From contig CDMY01000977.1 in assembly GCA_001179505.1 (NCBI GenBank), forward strand, positions 1-7,507: 7,507 nucleotides of DNA, in the 5' to 3' direction. Positions within the stretch are counted from its first letter, which is position 1, and every line of letters begins with the position of its first letter. A program made the position numbers and the translations under genes. The notes under the pieces were generated by a model, which did no database searches, was not told the DNA's origin, and saw only the letters and a list, made by a program, of their open reading frames with translations. Source of the DNA: Vitrella brassicaformis CCMP3155. Taxonomy: Eukaryota; Protista; Chromerida. Of this stretch, positions 1 to 7,507 are shown piece after piece.

Positions 1-32
1 GGATGAGGGTAGGTGGAGGGGGTTGGGTGTAG

Positions 33-578
33 TCCGATACACGCTCGCTCATCCGAAAAGGAGGAGAAACAGCCGAGAAATCACCAACTCAATCATGGGG
101 GGTAAGTACTCAGGCTGAAGCCTCATTCTGACTATTCAATGAATCATTCACTGTTGTGTGTGTGTGTGTTGGTGTGTGTGTTGGTGTATGTGCTGTTACA
201 TTCTGTGTGTAGCGCCGCCGTCGACGACAAGCCGAGACCGCCAAAGTCCCATCGTCTCTCTCAAACTTTCTGTCCAAAAAGAAATACACGCCCAAGCTCT
301 CCTTCACCTCCTTCTCATCTCCTTCTCGATCGACGCCCATCGCCTCCCTCATCGCCCGCCCGCCTCATGGCCTTCTACGCTTCAAAGAAATGGTAACGAA
401 ACACGGCCCCGACTTGTGGACGCGCATCGACGCCACGGCAACACATGCAGCAACAAACACCCCCCCACCGATTCCTCCCTTAATTCGCCCTTTACTATCA
501 AAATCATCAATCCAGCTAACTCCTCCGCTCCTCCACAGACAGGCAGACAAACGCATCGCATCGCATCGCATCACATAA
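33..578 (+). CDS. Probable last exons of an unidentified plus-strand gene entering from the left (exon 33-101, intron 102-212, terminal exon from 213)
   Basis: Acceptor gtgtAG at 31-32, strong donor GTAAGT at 102, (GT)-rich intron ending gtgtgtAG at 212, GC-rich exon-like sequence after it, then AATAAA at 585-590. The frame cannot be fixed. The phase-0 reading (SDTRSLIRKGGETAEKSPTQSWG|RRRRRQAETAKVPSSLSNFLSKKKYTPKLSF...HGLLRFKEMVTKHGPDLWTRID..., stop 576-578) looks most protein-like, but the other two frames are also open (stops at 396 and 589). No domain recognised. Confidence 0.45.
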
Positions 579-584
579 ATACAA

Positions 585-590
585 AATAAA
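585..590 (+). terminator. Candidate polyadenylation signal AATAAA (second copy at 1244-1249)
   Basis: AATAAA in a locally A-rich patch after the exon stop, followed by a GT-rich tract, in both repeat copies. Use of AATAAA in this lineage is not established from the sequence. Confidence 0.3.
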
Positions 591-687
591 TAGAAAATGT
601 ATAGAGAAGGGACCCGCAGCATACGTGTGTCTCTGCGTGTACGTATGTGTATGTGTGTGTGTGTATGTGTCTGTGTATGTTTGTGTG

Positions 688-708
688 TAGCCGGCTAGCT
701 AGCTAGCT
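688..708. promoter_or_regulatory. Palindromic TAGCCGGCTA + (AGCT)3 block containing tandem TAGCTA/GCTAGC motifs (second copy at 1353-1373)
   Basis: Perfect 10-bp palindrome (688-697) overlapping a 12-bp palindrome (697-708), identical in both copies. A regulatory role is inferred only from resemblance to ApiAP2-type motifs. Confidence 0.3.
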
Positions 709-827
709 CTTGTTAGTTTGTTGTTTGTGAGGGTCTTGTTTGTCGTTTGTCGCTTGCGGCTTCCCTCGTTCGTTCGTTCGTGGTGTGGCGGCTTCTCCAA
801 CGCGCAGGTACGCACGGAAAGACAGAC

Positions 828-858
828 AGGACAGGAGACAGGAGACAGGAGACAGGAG
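828..858. repeat. (ACAGGAG)n heptamer tandem repeat in the spacer between the duplicated copies
   Basis: ...gacaggacaggagacaggagacaggagacaggagag... Confidence 0.8.
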
Positions 859-950
859 AGAGGGTTTGTTACATCTCATATGTCTTCCACTCTTTGTCTG
901 TCTGTCTGTCTCTGCTTGTCTCTCTGTCTGTGGCCTGCTCGTAGGTGCAG

Positions 951-1425
951 ACGCCCAAGCTCTCCTTCTCCTCCTTCTCATCTCCTTCTCGATCGACGCC
1001 CATCGCCTCCCTCATCGCCCGCCCGCCTCATGGCCTTCTACGCTTCAAAGAAATGGTAACGAAACACGGCCCCGACTTGTGGACGCGCATCGACGCCACG
1101 GCAACACATGCAGCAGCAAACACCCCCCCACCGACGGCCTTGTCCTAATTCGCCCTTTCCTATCAAATCATCAATCCAGCTAACTCCTCCGCTCCTCCAC
1201 AAACAGGCAGACAAACGCATCGCATCGCATCGCATAAATACAAAATAAATGGAAAATGTATAGAGAAGAGACCCGCAGCATACGTGTGTCTCTGCGTGTA
1301 CGTGTGTACGTATGTGTCTGTGTGTATGTGTGTGTATGTATATGTTTGTGTGTAGCCGGCTAGCTAGCTAGCTCTTGTTAGTTTGTTGTTTGTGAGGGTC
1401 TTGTTTGTCGTTTGTTGCTTGCGGC
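951..1425. repeat. Copy 2 of the ~475-bp direct duplication (possible duplicated terminal exon or gene fragment)
   Basis: Near-identical to 288-760 and separated from it by a 190-bp non-homologous spacer (761-950). It begins immediately after a polypyrimidine-like tract and GTGCAG. Confidence 0.97.
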
Positions 1426-1878
1426 CGTAGACAGACAGGCGGGCTGTCTTCTTTCCTTCCTGTTGGTGCAGGTGAGTGGTGACACTGATCGGTCGCGAGA
1501 CACGTACGTGCAGACGAGCGAGGGTGGTAGAGGTGGAGAGATTGATCCGTCGCAATACATCGCATGTGTGTACCCGTCCATGTATATGTGTGTGTCTGAT
1601 GTGCATGGACAATGTGTCTGACATGTGCAGTCACTTCCAATCCGTTCCCGCCATCAATGTGCGTGTATGCGTTGGTTGACAGACATGCAACGGGTCATTC
1701 ATTCATGTCACAAACCAACCATTCATTCATCACATCACATCAACACACACCGCTCACCTCACTAGCCCGCTCAAAGGCTACCCGGCCCACACACACACAC
1801 ACACGACTTCTACACGTACACGGTCAGCAGCCAGCGGGTAGACAACCGACCTTAACGCCCCCCTCTCTGTCTGTCCAG

Positions 1879-3690
<1,812 letters not shown>

Positions 3691-3876
3691 TCCAGTGGGA
3701 AGGAGATCTGGAGGAGGTTGTAGCTCGCAGCGATCGCGTCTGCGCGTTGCAGGCCTTTGGAGGACTTTGTGAGACGGCAGGACAGCTTGACAGCACCATA
3801 GGATGCTTTGACGTGAAGACCTCATCGATTGACTCATTACACATTGTTCTTTGGGCACATGTATGTATGGGACACC

Positions 3877-3907
3877 GGGAGTCTCGGTGGGAGTCTCGGC
3901 GGGAGCT
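3877..3907. repeat. 12-bp tandem repeat GGGAGTCTCGGY x2.5 upstream of UPRT
   Basis: gggagtctcggt gggagtctcggc gggagct. Confidence 0.8.
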
Positions 3908-4487
3908 AGAGGATGGAATGCCGCCGGCGGGTGATTGGCTGGTAGTGAGTGAGCCAGCAAATCTGCCCACACCCAGCAGTGTTTTTTGGCGTGTTGTGTA
4001 CAAGGGGGCGTCCCTTATTGAAGAAGGGGGGGTCATGCTCATCTGGACCGGTCTGAGACAAGCATTCAAAATCACATGGGGGTGCTTGTGCCATTCATCC
4101 TTCGAACGGTGGGGCAGGGGAAAATGTCCCTACTCGAATATCTTCAGATCCAAGCATTGCAGAAGGACAAAAGAAGCACCACGATGACCGGTGTGATGAG
4201 CTGCGTCAGGTGGAGTCAGCAGCATTCCTCTACATGCAGTCGCTGTCGATTTCTGGTCGAATCAATTTTTGGGTGGAAAAAAAGAAAAGCGTTGGCCTGA
4301 TAGCCTCACACACGTACTGCACGCGAGCCCTCATAGTCTGTCGGCACGTCACTGTCACTGCCTGACACATATATGGCTGATACACATCCAGACACCGAAC
4401 CGCATGTTGCCCACCCCACATCCAGCAAATCGGACTTACTAGTAACACAGAAAAAAGACGAACTCATCTCTGCCCGACGCACGCTTA

Positions 4488-6944
4488 TCAGTCGGTCATC
4501 TGCGTGTCTGTCGGATAGATGAGTTGCTTGAGCAGGGCAATGGTGGAGTCCACTTCGCCCTCGGGGATGTCCTGCACGCTGTATCGGTTCTTGATAGCGC
4601 CGGGGCCGTAGCAGTGTGCCGTCTTGGTCTTGCGCGGGCCTGACACATCGATGGATGGATGGATGGTAAGAGACACACACACACACACACAATCACAGGA
4701 AGGAGACACACAAATGCAATGCGCACAGACGGGTCGTGGATTGGATGTGTGAAGGATCCTCACCGTGCACTCCGATGAAACCGTATCCCTGTGTGTTCTG
4801 CACCGTGTCCCAGAAGTTGGCCGCCCCGCCGTACTCGTCCATGCAGCACCAAAGCAACACCCTCCTGTGCTGGTCCTGAACAACACACACAGACACACAC
4901 ACACACACACACACAGACGCCATGCGTTCGCCCCACTCCTCTCCTCTCCTGGGGATCGCTCCCTCCCTCCTGTCACGTCATGCATGTGTGGTGTGTACCG
5001 ACTGACTGACCATGAACTGCTGTCCGGTGAACGTCCCCGTGCTGCTCTTCTCGGAGAGCTGCAGTGCGGCGAGCAGCAGGATCTGCATGCTTCTGTCCAC
5101 GGCATGGATGGACACCCTGCTCTCACGCCCCGCCTGCGCCGCTGCCGCCACCTCAGCCATCCCGATCTGCATGGTGGCACCTGCACCACCACGATCGGCA
5201 CTGGCACCAGCCGCGGCAGCCGCTGCAGCGGGTCCGGGTGAGCCGCGGCGGCGCGATGACCGACGAGAGGCTGGGGCGAGGGCCACCGACGACGAGCGGG
5301 GATTGGGCTCTTGCAACTCCTGGCTCAAGTTCTCGATGCGCGCACCCAGGGCGGTCCTGACACACGCAGAGATAGACACACACAGAGAGGAATCAGAGTG
5401 GATGGGCGGCATTCACTCGTCTCTCTTGTGTGCTCCGTGTCGCTCGTTGCTGTGCTGTGCTGTGTGACAAACCTGGCCATGCCCAGTGTCTTGCGAGCGT
5501 CGCCCTTGTGCTGGATGGCCGCCTTCTTACACATCAACGCCACAGCGTTCCGCGACGTGGCAGTCATGCGAACCCCACCGCGACCCCCCGTCCGATCCCC
5601 AAACTCACCCCCCTCCCCGTCCGCCTCCCCCTCCCCCTCCCCCTTGTTGTGCGTGTGTGTCGCCTTTACGGCCCTCCCCACCTCCGCCTCATCCTTGAGC
5701 CGCTTGGGGCCGTCCTGGTCGCCCTCACACGCACTGGTGGAGGTGCGGCTGTTCTTGCGCTTGTTTCTGCGGCCGGCTCCGGCGGGTGGGTCGTCGGCGG
5801 ACGCCATGTGTGTGTCGGTGGGGCCGGGTGGGGGAGGGGGCGGGGCCTGTTTGTCGATGCGGCTCTCTACGATCTGCTGCAGCTGGGCGGATGTGTACTC
5901 CTTGAACTCGAGAACCTGCGGGTGCACTGGGGGAAGGAGGGAGGGAGGGAGGGAGGGAGGGGAGACAAAGGGGAGAAAGGAGAGGATGTGTCTGAATTTG
6001 TGTCATTTGCTGTATTGTATGTGTGGATGTGATGGTTACGGTGTGGTTCCAGTTTCCCCTTGAGCGATCCCAGCGGGGCATTTGAAATGCCTGCATCCAT
6101 CCATCCATCCATCCATCCGCAGACAGAGAGGAGAGGAGGAAGGTGCGCTATTGTCTCGCTGGTTTGTGTGCGTTGATAGCATCTGCGATGCGTGTGGCGT
6201 ACCGATGAGGATGAGTTTGGACTTGGGTTCCGTGGCGAGGCGGAAGAGCTGCGCGTGGAGGTTGTGCTGCACCGTGCCGGAACGCATCACCTTATGTGTC
6301 GCGATCCGATCAAACTCGTCCAATACCACTACACTGCACACACATATGCAACGCGGAGAAGCACGTGGACAAAGCTACCTACCTTTCTTGCCCCACCCAT
6401 ACATACCCCCCACCCACATCCCGACCACCACGCATCCGTACCATGTCTTGCGTTTTGCGTGGATGCGCTGCTTGAGTATCTCGTACATGGCGCTCTGGTT
6501 CTTGGCGGCCTTGAGCTGCTGCTTGGCCTTGGGGTTCAGGTCGACCTTGTCTGCCAGCTGCGCGAGTATGGCGGTAAATGCTCCGTCGTCCATGGCGTTG
6601 ATGAGGCGGGGCTTGCTGCCCGTCACGCCCTCCAGCGCACGCGTCACACAGAGGGTCTTGCCGCTGCCGGGCGGCCCCCACACATACAGACAGCCGTGGC
6701 CATCCTGATGATACGCCCTGATCAACAAAACAGATGGATGCATTCGTGGGGAATGGGGGGCAGAAGGGCAAGAAGGGCTGTGCTGCCCTCTGTGTGCTCC
6801 TTACTCTTTAAGGAATTGCTCCAGCGTGTCCATTTCTTGCTCTCGCGCCACTACTGCTGGTCCTCCCGGCTCGTCGCCCTCCCGGTGCAGCGCGCCGCAT
6901 GCCCTCTTGAGGGCGGCAACCTCACGCGCACTACCAGTGGCCAT
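4488..6944 (-). CDS. CDC6: Cdc6/Orc1-family AAA+ replication-initiation ATPase with C-terminal winged-helix domain, 8 exons, 553 aa
   Basis: Exons (minus): 6805-6944, 6442-6717, 6203-6333, 6040-6090, 5473-5926, 5011-5356, 4764-4875, 4488-4639. All introns are GT-AG and in phase, total 1662 nt ending in TGA. Motifs: pre-AAA 'VVAREQEMDTLEQFL', Walker A LYVWGPPGSGKT (GPPGSGKT at 6654-6677), Walker B VVVLDEFD, sensor-1 LILIGISN, 'LEFKEYTSAQLQQIVESRI', lid/sensor-2 'AVALMCKKAA..GDARKTL', and WH-like 'SMQILLLAAL...FWDTVQNTQGYGFIGV'. Family assignment is solid. CDC6 versus Orc1 is inferred from the short N-terminus with no BAH domain. Confidence 0.88.
4882..4915. repeat. Intronic (AC/GT)n microsatellite; similar tracts at 148-182, 625-690, 1283-1355, 1790-1803 and 4673-4691
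   Basis: Directly visible dinucleotide tracts, typically GT-rich on the sense strand towards the 3' end of introns. Confidence 0.9.
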
Positions 6945-7507
6945 CTACCTCTGCAGCCATTGCAGAACCGAACCGTGGAAAAGGATGCAGCATCGCGTGT
7001 GTGCACGAGAAGGAGGGATGAGGACACGAATGCATTCGATTTGCATAGTTGGCTTTTTCGGTGGCAGGGCTGACCTCAGAGCATGGAGATGGGTCTACAA
7101 TAGCGATAGAAAGGCCTTGATCGACAAAGGGAGCCTCACAACCCGGAAACACCAAAACAAGGATATGGCGACCGTTAAACGCATCTGCGGACTGGAGCGA
7201 GGCTGCGGAGCCATGTTCACAGAAAAACGACAGTGCAAGTGTCCTCCCACTCGTGTTGGCTAGTCAATCATGCATGACTACTCAAAACAAAACTGGAGCC
7301 CTCACCCGACGTGTCTGTCACCCTCACTGATCCTTCTTTCTGTCTGAACCGTCTCTCTCCGCACTATCAGACCCACCACCCACTGGCTCTAGCTCGTCAT
7401 CACCACAGTCGTCCCCGCCGCCCTCCCCTAGATCCCCCGTCCTGCCCGCCTGCCCGCCGCCCCTCCTCGCTGGCCGTCCACCCACCACCTCCCCACTATC
7501 TAATGGC

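Larger units (their letters stand above)
288..760. repeat. Copy 1 of a ~475-bp direct duplication
   Basis: Runs ACGCCCAAGCTCTCC...GCTTGCGGC and aligns by eye to 951-1425. The first ~184 nt differ at only 2 positions; small indels and microsatellite differences follow. Confidence 0.97.

Noticed and set aside
110-352. Minus-strand ORF MREAMGVDREGDEKEVKE...
   Set aside because: In-frame TGA just upstream, it runs into a (CA)n tract, and splice signals here point to the plus strand.
828-858. Short repeats as a CRISPR array
   Set aside because: Contiguous 7-mer microsatellite without spacers, in eukaryotic DNA.
288-1425. Two direct repeats with a short spacer as a TRIM or LTR retroelement
   Set aside because: No TG...CA termini, no target-site duplication (AATAC left, CGTAG right), no convincing primer-binding site, and no coding capacity for gag or pol.
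3691-3972. Uridine kinase-UPRT fusion (UCKL1-like)
   Set aside because: The upstream open frame has no P-loop or kinase motif and no extra exons were found.
4194-4300. Possible C/D-box snoRNA (GTGATGA ... CTGA)
   Set aside because: No convincing terminal stem or recognisable rRNA guide, and such short motifs occur by chance.
4076-4300. 74-aa plus-strand ORF in the intergenic region
   Set aside because: No domain, splice support or coding-like composition.
5311-7073. Long plus-strand ORFs (5311-6063, 5430-6032, 6082-6708, 6192-7073)
   Set aside because: They are antisense shadows of GC-rich CDC6 exons, run through microsatellite introns and show no recognisable motifs.
7501-7507. ATG at the window end as a new gene start
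   Set aside because: Too little sequence to evaluate.

Overview
Intron-dense, GC-rich eukaryotic genomic DNA. The ~50-160 nt GT-AG introns full of (GT)n/(AC)n/(GATG)n/(GTCA)n repeats and the Toxoplasma-like UPRT suggest a chromerid alveolate such as Vitrella brassicaformis (inference, not verified). Two multi-exon genes on the minus strand were reconstructed by hand with frame-consistent splice sites: a 10-exon uracil phosphoribosyltransferase (1879-3690, 333 aa) and an 8-exon Cdc6/Orc1-family AAA+ replication initiator with a C-terminal winged helix (4488-6944, 553 aa). The left 1.6 kb holds the apparent 3' end of an unidentified plus-strand gene. Its last-exon tail, AATAAA, GT tract and TAGCTA palindrome block is directly duplicated (288-760 / 951-1425). 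Most ORFs in the supplied six-frame track are antisense shadows or intron read-throughs. I found no clearly novel multi-gene system. The best leads are the duplicated terminal-exon cassette with splice signals at its junctions, the divergent Cdc6, and self-complementary intron architecture.
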